Virus record (IMG/VR): IMGVR_UViG_3300020045_005785
Coordinates: 1 to 39,126 of that record
Reading direction: 5' to 3' (one strand)
DNA: 39,126 bases
Origin: a virus
Taxonomy: Duplodnaviria; Caudoviricetes
The position numbers and the translations under genes were made by a program. Of the stretch, positions 27,624-36,207 are shown piece by piece. The stretch's first letter is position 1, and every line of letters starts with the position of its first letter. The notes under the pieces were generated by a model that was not told the origin of the DNA, searched no databases, and was given only the letters and a program-made list of their open reading frames with translations.

Positions 27624-27953
27624 ATGAAACAATTACAGAAAAAAGATAAAGACAAAGTTGAACAAGTAAAGCAACAAGTTCAAGAAATACAAACTGTTTT
27701 TGATAGCAGAATTAGACCTCAAAAAAATCACACTTTATTTGAAATAAATATTGTTGAAAAAACAATTGAAAAAGCGGTGTTTGATGAATTACCAATTGTA
27801 AAATGGGAAGATGCCGTAAAAGGCAATATATCAACTCAAAATAAAGTGACTAAGAAAATAGACTGCATTTATATTTCTGCTTTAAATCGAAAGAATGTTG
27901 TTAAAATTTTAAAACGTGATTTTAAGCAGGATGTTTCGTGGCATTGGTCATAA
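27624..27953 (+). CDS. cassette G hypothetical protein (109 aa)
   Basis: ATG at 27624; its stop codon is the TAA of the TAAC box. Confidence 0.7.
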   Translation: MKQLQKKDKDKVEQVKQQVQEIQTVFDSRIRPQKNHTLFEINIVEKTIEKAVFDELPIVKWEDAVKGNISTQNKVTKKIDCIYISALNRKNVVKILKRDFKQDVSWHWS

Positions 27954-28079
27954 CGGCGGACGCTAACCGATGTTCAGGAAAAGTAATGACTGAACTTTCG
28001 GATTATTACAAATCTTACAGACACAAAACACATTTTAAATTTAACCTAAAGCCTGAATAGCGGTTAGCGTATGTTATCA
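27948..28079 (-). repeat. attC-like site 8
   Basis: TAAC 27951, arms ACGCTAACCGATGTTCAGG / CCTGAATAGCGGTTAGCGT, GTTA 28073. Confidence 0.88.
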
Positions 28080-28103
28080 CTTCGGCTTTTTAAATACAAT
28101 ATT

Positions 28104-28280
28104 ATGAACTTATTGACAGGTACAGTTACGGAAGTTTTATCAGAACCATTTATCCAATATAATAAATGGTGGGTAAAAGTAAAATACAATTGCTACGGCA
28201 GAATATCAGAAACAGAATTAATGTTTAACAGTATAGATTCAGCTTCAAAAGTTGATGTCGGTTTTGAGTTCGACTGTTAA
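28104..28280 (+). CDS. cassette H hypothetical protein (58 aa)
   Basis: ATG at 28104; fills the cassette. Confidence 0.7.
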   Translation: MNLLTGTVTEVLSEPFIQYNKWWVKVKYNCYGRISETELMFNSIDSASKVDVGFEFDC

Positions 28281-28285
28281 GCTGA

Positions 28286-28315
28286 GTGATAACTCTCTTA
28301 TTAGACCAACTCACC
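28286..28315 (-). other. candidate attI-like entry site (lone GTTA core with no hairpin)
   Basis: The minus strand reads GAGTTGGTCTAATAAGAGAG^TTATCAC; this closes cassette H. Confidence 0.5.
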
Positions 28316-28331
28316 ACAAAAACCCTTGAAA

Positions 28332-28625
28332 ATGTTGGAAAAACCCCTTGACAACACTTATTTTATCGAGTATTCAAATTACTTCGAATTTGAGGGCAAA
28401 ACCTTTTCTTTTCGTAAAAAAGAGTTATTTGATATAACCGGTATACCAAAACATATTGAATTGAAAAACAACAATAATTGTTTTGGGTATTGGATTAGTA
28501 GAAAATGGTTGTCATTGTCTAAAATAAAAGAAATGATAATAAATGAACCAAAAAAAGTTGATGTATCAGATTTACAATGGTACAATCAAATAAAATTAGA
28601 TCACGTCTTTAATTTAGGCAAATAA
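28332..28625 (+). CDS. hypothetical protein
   Basis: Last plus-strand ORF; overlaps the 3' end of the spanin gene. Confidence 0.65.
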   Translation: MLEKPLDNTYFIEYSNYFEFEGKTFSFRKKELFDITGIPKHIELKNNNNCFGYWISRKWLSLSKIKEMIINEPKKVDVSDLQWYNQIKLDHVFNLGK

Positions 28626-29014
28626 AACCACAAGAAAATAAAACCGCAAACGATTAAAGCGATAAACACCCATAAAATAGTGTTATCACTTCTTTCAGTT
28701 TGTTTCTTTTTTTCAGTAGTAATAGTTTTAGTAATGTATCTATCTTTCCATTTTTCTACAATCTTAGTTTTATCATTTGAAATAATAGTATTATGATACG
28801 TTTTTCCTTCGATAACCATAGGTTTAAGCGCATCAAATGGTTTGTATGTAAAAGCATCACCTAATACTATTTTCGTGCCTTGTGAGTAGTTATTTTCTAC
28901 GTGTATAGAATCTTTTATTTGAGTGTCAGTTTTTCGAGTTCCGCCACAAGACATTGCCAGCATTGCCAAAGATAATAACAGTAAAAAAATAAGTAGTTCA
29001 AATATTTTTTTCAT
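28601..29014 (-). CDS. probable unimolecular spanin (likely start MKKIFE at 29014)
   Basis: Lipoprotein signal ending LAMS-C plus a C-terminal TM helix, downstream of the endolysin. Confidence 0.7.
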   Translation of the reverse strand: MKKIFELLIFLLLLSLAMLAMSCGGTRKTDTQIKDSIHVENNYSQGTKIVLGDAFTYKPFDALKPMVIEGKTYHNTIISNDKTKIVEKWKDRYITKTITTEKKKQTERSDNTILWVFIALIVCGFIFLWFYLPKLKT

Positions 29015-29035
29015 AATTTTTATTTCAAAGATAAT

Positions 29036-29065
29036 AAAAAACCCGATGCAAAAAGTATCGGGTTT
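29036..29065 (-). terminator. intrinsic terminator after the endolysin
   Basis: AAACCCGAT..ATCGGGTTT stem with a T-run on the minus strand. Confidence 0.7.
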
Positions 29066-29146
29066 AGTTTTTGGTTTTGCACACCTCAACTTTGTTCTGT
29101 AGCGAATATCAAAACTACAACAAATATTGTTAAGAATGAATATAAA

Positions 29147-29617
29147 TTATAATATTGGTTTTATCTCAAAATGCATCCAATCATAATTTTTTTCTACTCC
29201 CAACGAGACAAATCCGTGTTTATAGAAAATATTAATCATTGGTTTATACTCTGGACGTGCAAATCTTGCAGTTTTAGACGTTTCTTTTAATTGATTTCTT
29301 TCAGGATCTAAATCTATTGCAATCCCCCAAGAATGGCGGGAATAGTCAGAGCCCCCTCTCATTTGTCTAAAATTAAAACAACCTCCAAACAAATCTATTC
29401 CCAATTCTTGTATTTTTTCAAGTCCGTAATGGTCAAGTAAATCTTTAAATACTTCTGTAAAATTCTTAGCTACTAATTTATGACAACGCATTTTTTTAAC
29501 CGTTGTTTTTTTATCCCAAGCCAAACGCATAGGATAAGGTAAATCTATTGTAGTTAAATAACTCCCTTGTTGGTTTGGTTTTCCAAAATCTTTTATTGCT
29601 TGTGCTGTTGTTATCAT
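29147..29617 (-). CDS. endolysin, peptidase M15 family
   Basis: Zn-binding motifs [10 protein letters not shown] and DWMHFE. Confidence 0.88.
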   Translation of the reverse strand: MITTAQAIKDFGKPNQQGSYLTTIDLPYPMRLAWDKKTTVKKMRCHKLVAKNFTEVFKDLLDHYGLEKIQELGIDLFGGCFNFRQMRGGSDYSRHSWGIAIDLDPERNQLKETSKTARFARPEYKPMINIFYKHGFVSLGVEKNYDWMHFEIKPIL

Positions 29618-30009
29618 ATCTTACTTAATTCATAATCTTGTTTTAATAAGTCGTGGTCTTTTTTCAAAGCATCATATTTCTTTTCTAACTCGATATATTT
29701 TACAGTTAATTCTTTGTGTAGTTTTTCCCAATTTTGCGATACCTCAACTTCTCTAGTATAAGCTAATGACATATCGTTAAACTGTAATTGAATAGATTTG
29801 TAATGGTCTTTAACACAAGATACCTCGTATTGCATTTCTTCCATTCTGGTCTTATATTGCACTAAGAAAGTATTATACATTTCCGATATTGCCGTGACAA
29901 CATCAACATCCGTTTTCTTAATTTCACTATCAGTTTTTCGTTTTCCTCCGAAATACCAAGCTAATGGATACCCCAAAACAGCTCCCATTAATGCAATATA
30001 CTCAATCAT
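29614..30009 (-). CDS. membrane-anchored coiled-coil protein of the lysis module (likely start 30009)
   Basis: N-terminal TM helix plus coiled coil, coupled to the endolysin. Confidence 0.55.
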   Translation of the reverse strand: MIEYIALMGAVLGYPLAWYFGGKRKTDSEIKKTDVDVVTAISEMYNTFLVQYKTRMEEMQYEVSCVKDHYKSIQLQFNDMSLAYTREVEVSQNWEKLHKELTVKYIELEKKYDALKKDHDLLKQDYELSKI

Positions 30010-30013
30010 AATT

Positions 30014-30301
30014 CTAGTAGGTTTTTTGTTTGTAAAATAATCTGGCAATTATTACTGATAATACAATAATCATTTGCGTTTTTGTAAAATGTAACGGATC
30101 TAAAAATAATTCTTTAAATACATTCCAAACCGAAAGCCACAACAACACAAATTTAATAAAACTAAACTTATCGCCAATGAAAATATACAAAGAAATTAAC
30201 ATAAAAAATATTGCAGTTCCGATATAGTAAAAGCCGTGAATTGAATCTCCAATCACGGCAAATACTAAAGCGAAATATAATATTAGTTTACGGTCTATCA
30301 T
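30014..30301 (-). CDS. holin candidate (3-4 TM)
   Basis: 95 aa, very hydrophobic, basic C-terminus. Confidence 0.5.
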   Translation of the reverse strand: MIDRKLILYFALVFAVIGDSIHGFYYIGTAIFFMLISLYIFIGDKFSFIKFVLLWLSVWNVFKELFLDPLHFTKTQMIIVLSVIIARLFYKQKTY

Positions 30302-30512
30302 TTGGACGGTCTGTGCCTAATATTCCTTGCTCTTTACTTTTTGAATCCTTAACCAAAGCGGTTACTAAAATCCAAGCCAATGAACCAAATAAAGTCCATC
30401 CTGTTTTGTCGGTAAAATAACCTGCTGTATAAGCCTCCATTAAGGCATTAATTGCAAAAGGTAATCCTGTTACTAATCCTGCTAATGTTGTTCTCCAATC
30501 TTTCATATTCAA
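30288..30512 (-). CDS. holin candidate (2 TM)
   Basis: MKDWRTTLAG..AL.KD pattern with a charged tail. Confidence 0.55.
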   Translation of the reverse strand: MNMKDWRTTLAGLVTGLPFAINALMEAYTAGYFTDKTGWTLFGSLAWILVTALVKDSKSKEQGILGTDRPNDRP

Positions 30513-30513
30513 T

Positions 30514-30897
30514 TTATTTTAAGTTAAAAATTCGTTTTAAAGCGTTTATTATTTTCTCAAAGATAGTTAATTTCTTTTTAACTATAACTTTCGGTTGCTC
30601 TATTTCGTATTTAGGTATCCCTAAAGTCACTTCGATAATAGTATCGAAACTTTGCATTGTTGGTATCGTTTCTCCAAAAGTTTCATATTTGTTTCCTGCT
30701 GTTACTATTGATTGTTGGCCGAAAGATAAAACCGTAAATAACAATAATACAGCAATTGATTTTATTTTCATTCCGTGTTTAAATCCCAACTTGTAATTAT
30801 CCTTATACATTTTCACAATAAATGACATTTGCCTTTTATTAAAAAATTGATGTGCCGTTTCAATTGTTATCGGTATTTCTTTTAGGTTTTCTTCCAT
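30514..30897 (-). CDS. hypothetical protein with an internal signal-peptide-like segment
   Basis: 127 aa, packed between the tail fibre and holin genes. Confidence 0.55.
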   Translation of the reverse strand: MEENLKEIPITIETAHQFFNKRQMSFIVKMYKDNYKLGFKHGMKIKSIAVLLLFTVLSFGQQSIVTAGNKYETFGETIPTMQSFDTIIEVTLGIPKYEIEQPKVIVKKKLTIFEKIINALKRIFNLK

Positions 30898-30898
30898 T

Positions 30899-32437
30899 TT
30901 ATAAAGTTATTCCGTTTCCAGAGTTATAAATTGTTGTCACTTCACCAGCTGTTAATGCTCTTGAATATATTGCAGCTTCGTCAAAACTGTTAGGGCTTCC
31001 AGCGCCTTGTGCATCTCCAATTCTTTCTGTTGCTGTTCCAATATTTACCGTTCCTGTTCTAGCCATCGTTGTCGCTGTAGCTGTTCCGTCGAGATACATC
31101 CTCATCGTTGTTCCGTCATAAGTACAAACTAAATGATGCCAATTTGTTGTGTCTGAAAAAGCGATAAAACTACCACCTGATTGCCCTGTTAATGTTTGTA
31201 AAAAGAATTGCAATTGTCCTCCAGAAACTCTGATTAACGTTGAATTTTGTGCGCCAACCCAACTACCATATAAAGCGTTAGCATTTGCTAAACTTGCAAT
31301 TTTAAACCATAAACTAACCGAAAAGGCCGTTTTTCCTCCTGTTATAGAACTACTGTTTAAGTTTATATAAGATGTTGTTCCTGAGCCTTTAACGCCAAAT
31401 CCAACTTTTGCAGGTTGTAATAGCGTCATTGATACATAAGTTCCATTATTAGCACCAAAACTATCAACTGCAGTAGTTCCAGAAGGCTCTGACATTTTGA
31501 AATACCTTAGCATATTTATCAATGGCATTAATGAAGTTGTGGTAGTTGCCGTTGCAACGGTATTACTCATTGGTGATTTATTATACATCACATCAACCGC
31601 AATAACTGAAAAATTAAAACTTGTTAATTGTGCCAAATCATCAATAAATCCTGTAGCGGGAATATTTTTAACAAAAACTCCGTTGTTGTATAATTCGTAA
31701 TAATCGACTGTATTTGTCGATGAAGTTGAAACCGATAAATTTACATAAGTAATATATCCTGTTGCCGAAGCTATCGCTGGTGCTGATGGTACAATAAAAT
31801 TACTCACGTATTTGACCGTTCCGCCTTTACTTATAAAAAAAGTCAAATCACCATCGGGTGCGCCTGCATTTACCGTTTGTAAAGAAATTGGCACGTATAA
31901 AGTAGTCGAAGACCAGTTATTCCCGACTTCATCAAATACATTATTATTACCAACTGTTGTACCTAAAGACGTACATCTAGGAATGTAAATAATTTTAACA
32001 TTCCCTGAAGAGCTAAAAGCAGTCCCTGTAATAGATGTGCAATTTTCTAAAGAAACTTTATTTACACTTGAAGTTCTAGCAATTGCATTTCCTGTCAAAG
32101 TAATTACACCTTTAAAATTCAATTCCTTTAATAAAGTAACGTCTTTAAATGCTTCGGTATCTATGTTATGTACTAAATTATCGATATCGGTATAATAAGT
32201 AATTGAGTTATCTGCTAAAAAAGAGAAAGCGGAAAAACCATAGCTTCCTGTAATTCTACATTGAATATCAGTTCCAACAATAGTAAAGTTTTCAATTCTA
32301 CCTACTGAAATACCTAGTTTAGTAGCTAAAAGTGATGCAGTTGATAAACTTGCAGAAACTCCGCCAATGTATGTATTGTACAAAATTGGAGGAATAACCA
32401 CGCCTTTATTCATAAAACCTAACGCTCTTTTACTCAT
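30899..32437 (-). CDS. receptor-binding/tail fibre protein with LRR-like, FN3-like and LamG-like domains
   Basis: IDTEAF and ITGTAF repeats; VIAVD..N.S.MSN; FSVSLWFK, WHHLVCTYDG..MRMYLDG and DE..IYSRALT..EV. Confidence 0.75.
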   Translation of the reverse strand: MSKRALGFMNKGVVIPPILYNTYIGGVSASLSTASLLATKLGISVGRIENFTIVGTDIQCRITGSYGFSAFSFLADNSITYYTDIDNLVHNIDTEAFKDVTLLKELNFKGVITLTGNAIARTSSVNKVSLENCTSITGTAFSSSGNVKIIYIPRCTSLGTTVGNNNVFDEVGNNWSSTTLYVPISLQTVNAGAPDGDLTFFISKGGTVKYVSNFIVPSAPAIASATGYITYVNLSVSTSSTNTVDYYELYNNGVFVKNIPATGFIDDLAQLTSFNFSVIAVDVMYNKSPMSNTVATATTTTSLMPLINMLRYFKMSEPSGTTAVDSFGANNGTYVSMTLLQPAKVGFGVKGSGTTSYINLNSSSITGGKTAFSVSLWFKIASLANANALYGSWVGAQNSTLIRVSGGQLQFFLQTLTGQSGGSFIAFSDTTNWHHLVCTYDGTTMRMYLDGTATATTMARTGTVNIGTATERIGDAQGAGSPNSFDEAAIYSRALTAGEVTTIYNSGNGITL

Positions 32438-32979
32438 AGTAGATTATTTACATCTAATAATAATTCAGTTAATTGTAATTTAAACCAATCCAATTCCGCT
32501 TCGATATCCGCATTTGAATTAACCGCAATCAAAACGGCTTTATCGTTTGCAATATCAATATCCCCCGTCTTTAATAATAAAAAAACAGGGTGCAATAATT
32601 CACGAACTTTTTTTGCTCTTAATTTTGTGATAAGTCCTTTTTTGTTTCTACGAATTAATCTGTTTTTAGTTTTTTGATACAAATTTAATCCTTTTCGCTC
32701 CAATATTTCTTGGTCATTTCTATCAACAACTTCTTCATTTGCTGTCAATTGTTCTGCTGTAAAATTAATAACCTCGTAAGTGTACACGTTGTTAATTTCA
32801 TCGTAAATCATTGCTCCTTTGCGTTGCGTTGTGGTGTTGTAAGTTGGTTCGATTACGCTACGAAATCCATCTACATAGTGGATTGAAGCGTCTTCATAGT
32901 TGTATCCATTTGTACCATTCCATTTATTTGGAATAGTCGAGAATATTTTAATCTCTCCGTTTTTTTCTATTGCTACCAT
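32434..32979 (-). CDS. tail fibre-associated hypothetical protein (likely start MVAIEK at 32979)
   Basis: TAATG overlap with the upstream gene. Confidence 0.6.
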   Translation of the reverse strand: MVAIEKNGEIKIFSTIPNKWNGTNGYNYEDASIHYVDGFRSVIEPTYNTTTQRKGAMIYDEINNVYTYEVINFTAEQLTANEEVVDRNDQEILERKGLNLYQKTKNRLIRRNKKGLITKLRAKKVRELLHPVFLLLKTGDIDIANDKAVLIAVNSNADIEAELDWFKLQLTELLLDVNNLL

Positions 32980-35225
32980 TATGTTGTAGTTTCGTTTGAA
33001 TAATATACTAATTCGCTTGACGCTGTACCATTTATACAAGTTACTACAACGTGATTTTGTTTAGCTCCATCGTATGCTTGTGAACTTGGTAACTCAACCC
33101 AATATGCAGGTGGTGTCCAAGCAAAAGCACCTGTAATTAAAAACTCAATTACTTTCGTTGCTGGTCCTGTTGGTAAATTACTATCGGTTATCGTTGTAGC
33201 ACCTGTTAAAGTCAATTGCCAAACATCCGCTGCGTTCCAATCTACTGCATAACTTCCTGTAGTGGTTGCGTTGGTTATACGAAGCCCTTTAGGTTGTAAG
33301 TTGGCTAAATCAGCAGTTGTAGCAAATTCATAATCCCCAATAGGGGGTTCAGGAAATGAAAAAGTACTATCTCCTTTAATAAATCGTCCGTTCATCTCAA
33401 CATCTCCAGTAATAGGATTGCCTACTGTAGTTCCTGCGAGCTTTAACGTTTCGCTATCTAATTCCTGTAAAGCACTTTGAACATTTGTAGAAGCAATTCC
33501 TCCAACAGGTGAAACGGTTACGCTAGTAGCGGGTAATGAACCCGAAGCAATAGCTGAAGTAGTTGTTTTTTGTTTTCGTAAATCGTCTATAAATCGTAAA
33601 GCAGATTTTTTAGTGCCTATATCATAACTAGTTTTATATTCAAAAGTCATTTTATATAACAATCGAATTTCACCGTCTTTCAAAGTTGGAAATAAAGTCT
33701 GTAGTTGTTCCCAACTATGCGCATTAGCTAAAGTTATATTAGCAAAATCAGTTTCAGCACTTTTAATTTTAATCGTTTCTCCACGTCTAGGATCTTGTAA
33801 AGCATAAACGTAATAAACAAAATAGTAGTTAGCTGTAACCGCTGTACGTGTACCGTTAACTGTTAAGTATTGTGGTGTATTTGTTCCTGAATCCCACAAA
33901 AAAGGGAAATCAGTTGCGGGTAATTTATCTAATAATCCGCCTGCATTATTTGTAATGCAAATAAATTTACCACTTGTAGCAGGCAATAATCCACTTCCTA
34001 AATCTTGCGTAAATTTAGTCGTACCACTCGCAGCACTTGTGACTGTATAGTATATATTGTCGTCTAATATCGTACCACTAGACAAAACTATAACCGCATT
34101 ACTACCATTTACATTTGGTATTCCTGTAGATATAGCGTTACTAGAAATTTCCAAACCACTTGACCATTTAGCGCCTTCAAGATGTTTCCAAGCGTGATCC
34201 GACCACGATATATCGTTTTTATGATATTCCACGCTATCAATCACACGCCTATCTGCAACGCTTAAGGTTGCATTCCAATAGAAACGATATACTGTAGCAA
34301 TAGTAGCAAAGTCATTCCACACGGTTTGAGTAGCTATTGGTGTTCCTGAGCTGTTAAAATAGAAATACCAAACGCCTGTAGTGTTTGTGAAATTGAATAC
34401 AACCGCTGCTGTTTTTTCGTGCATTAAAGCAACTCCACTACCATCTGTAAAAAAACGAATAGGGTTTAATGAAGATATTGAAGTGCCGTTTTTTACAGTT
34501 TCAATTGTTAAAGTTAATGCTGTGTTATCAATTACAATATCGTTTTCAGTTAAATATTGTTTTTGACAAATACCGGTGAATACTGTTTGTTTTAAATCTA
34601 AAGCATCGTGAGTGGCTTTTTCGTTTGGATAACTTACTTCTGAATATGCTGTTATGGAAGATATTTTATTATCTTCGTTTTCGGGCGTGTATCCTAATCC
34701 AATTTCAGGAAAATTTTTAATATAAGCAGGACTTGAAGGGTCTGACTCAGCGGCATCTGATTGTACGTTTACTTGCGCTCCTGTTTCAATACCATCTAAT
34801 TTAGTTTTATCCTCAGCGGTAAACAAAGATATTGCAATAGTTTCAATTTTTTGTTGAGATTCATTTACTACTAATATTTGACCATCTTTTCCAATATATG
34901 AAGTAAATGTATCTAATAAATCAGTAAATCTATCAACTGTGCTTGTGCCTCCTGTGCTTGCAATGCCATCAAAAAATCCAGCATCTAATAAAGTTATCCA
35001 TAAATCATTTATAGAAATAGGAACGTATGTAATTCCTGTTACTATGGTAATTTCAGAAAATAATATATTTTGCTTTAATATTAAATTAGCACCGTTTGCA
35101 GTTTTAAAATTGCAATAATCCCCAATAGTAGTCAGTCTATTTTGCTCTGAAATTATAGGTTCACCGCCATCTAAAACCAAAGAAAAGAAATTCCCTGTTT
35201 GCTTTGTAATTACTAAACTGCTCAT
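32979..35225 (-). CDS. tail fibre/spike protein
   Basis: 748 aa, Thr/Ser-rich; KTKLDGIETGAQVNVQSD, LGYTPEN and NVQSALQEL fibre-type motifs. Confidence 0.75.
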   Translation of the reverse strand: MSSLVITKQTGNFFSLVLDGGEPIISEQNRLTTIGDYCNFKTANGANLILKQNILFSEITIVTGITYVPISINDLWITLLDAGFFDGIASTGGTSTVDRFTDLLDTFTSYIGKDGQILVVNESQQKIETIAISLFTAEDKTKLDGIETGAQVNVQSDAAESDPSSPAYIKNFPEIGLGYTPENEDNKISSITAYSEVSYPNEKATHDALDLKQTVFTGICQKQYLTENDIVIDNTALTLTIETVKNGTSISSLNPIRFFTDGSGVALMHEKTAAVVFNFTNTTGVWYFYFNSSGTPIATQTVWNDFATIATVYRFYWNATLSVADRRVIDSVEYHKNDISWSDHAWKHLEGAKWSSGLEISSNAISTGIPNVNGSNAVIVLSSGTILDDNIYYTVTSAASGTTKFTQDLGSGLLPATSGKFICITNNAGGLLDKLPATDFPFLWDSGTNTPQYLTVNGTRTAVTANYYFVYYVYALQDPRRGETIKIKSAETDFANITLANAHSWEQLQTLFPTLKDGEIRLLYKMTFEYKTSYDIGTKKSALRFIDDLRKQKTTTSAIASGSLPATSVTVSPVGGIASTNVQSALQELDSETLKLAGTTVGNPITGDVEMNGRFIKGDSTFSFPEPPIGDYEFATTADLANLQPKGLRITNATTTGSYAVDWNAADVWQLTLTGATTITDSNLPTGPATKVIEFLITGAFAWTPPAYWVELPSSQAYDGAKQNHVVVTCINGTASSELVYYSNETTT

Positions 35226-35734
35226 AATTTCATAATATAAAGATTAATTATGTAAGGTTGCATATTTTTATTAACCCCTGATACTCCTGTTAATTCTGTG
35301 CCTTGCATCGTACCGCCTATTGTATCTCCAATATATGGAGTTTCAGGGTATTTTGTTCCTGTGCTGTTTGCAGCGTATTTAATTGAATGTGAATGTTCAA
35401 CTACTATTGCATCTGTAGAACCTCCAATATCACCTAGTGTTGACCATCCTAATCCGTAACCAATTCCAACACGTCCGGCTAAATTATCAGTACCATTATT
35501 TCCATTACAAATTGCCCATCCAAGCCTTAGATTCTTACCAAGTCCATCAACTTCAAAGTTATCAGCTAAATAAGTACTATCGCATTTTACACGTTTAATA
35601 TCGCCACTTTGTGATAAATTAGCCTGAATATATTCAAGTAATGCGTGTTCTACTTCACGGTGTTTTATAGCGGGTATCTTTGTTCCGCTTGCTAAATTTA
35701 AATCGATTAAATCGAATATTTCTGAATAAGTCAT
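35222..35734 (-). CDS. tail collar/baseplate-wedge-like protein (likely start 35734)
   Basis: GWAICNG.NGT.NL.GR, EHSH and NMQPY....YIMKL motifs. Confidence 0.75.
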   Translation of the reverse strand: MTYSEIFDLIDLNLASGTKIPAIKHREVEHALLEYIQANLSQSGDIKRVKCDSTYLADNFEVDGLGKNLRLGWAICNGNNGTDNLAGRVGIGYGLGWSTLGDIGGSTDAIVVEHSHSIKYAANSTGTKYPETPYIGDTIGGTMQGTELTGVSGVNKNMQPYIINLYIMKL

Positions 35735-35739
35735 ATCTA

Positions 35740-36195
35740 TTAAATTTGTTCTGCTTTCCAATATCCATCAGATGCAAATCCTATATAAATAAATCTATAC
35801 ATTTGATTTGTAGTCAAAATAACACTTGTTACAAAAGTTGGGTAATTAACAAACATTTTAGCCGTATTTGCTACATTTGCTCTAATTTCTATATTATTTG
35901 CGGTTGCTATTACGTAAATTTCTCTATTAATTTCAGTCGTTGCAGGCAAATAAGCAATCCCTCCTGTAAATGAACACGAGTTCATATCGTAAGGTAAAAC
36001 AATAGGGGTAACTGAAAGATTAATTGCACCAGCTGTTTTAGTTCCACCTCCAACGCTTGCGACCTCTTGGTCTACATAATCCATCATTAAAACCCGATTT
36101 GCTCCATCCTCTGTATTAGTAAGACTTCCGGCAGTTGTTTTGCTTGTTATTTTTGTTGAAATATCTGTGTTAACTTGAATTCTTGTAATTGGCAT
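35740..36195 (-). CDS. putative virion structural protein
   Basis: 151 aa in the tail module. Confidence 0.55.
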   Translation of the reverse strand: MPITRIQVNTDISTKITSKTTAGSLTNTEDGANRVLMMDYVDQEVASVGGGTKTAGAINLSVTPIVLPYDMNSCSFTGGIAYLPATTEINREIYVIATANNIEIRANVANTAKMFVNYPTFVTSVILTTNQMYRFIYIGFASDGYWKAEQI

Positions 36196-36207
36196 AATTT
36201 TTATATT

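Larger units (their letters stand above)
24298..28292 (-). mobile_element. integron-like gene cassette array (8 cassettes, no integrase; CALIN-like)
   Basis: Eight TAAC..GTTA hairpins alternate with cargo segments, each bounded by its own inverted repeat. Inferred cassette sizes are 433, 849, 564, 478, 444, 455, 433 and 339 bp. Confidence 0.85.

Noticed and set aside
24292-28079. Hairpins as a CRISPR array, simple terminators or REP elements
   Set aside because: They are too long and divergent for CRISPR and separated by whole genes. Most lack U-tails, and these alternatives do not explain the cassette-specific flanking inverted repeats.
24298-28292. Shufflon of invertible segments
   Set aside because: The inverted repeats differ for each segment, all cargo has one orientation, and no invertase is present.
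30899-35225. Diversity-generating retroelement acting on the fibre genes
   Set aside because: No reverse transcriptase or template/variable repeat pair was seen.
2723-35973. Short antisense ORFs in the track (e.g. 2723, 6723, 14987, 21430, 30452, 35680)
   Set aside because: They are shadows of longer, well-supported genes on the opposite strand.
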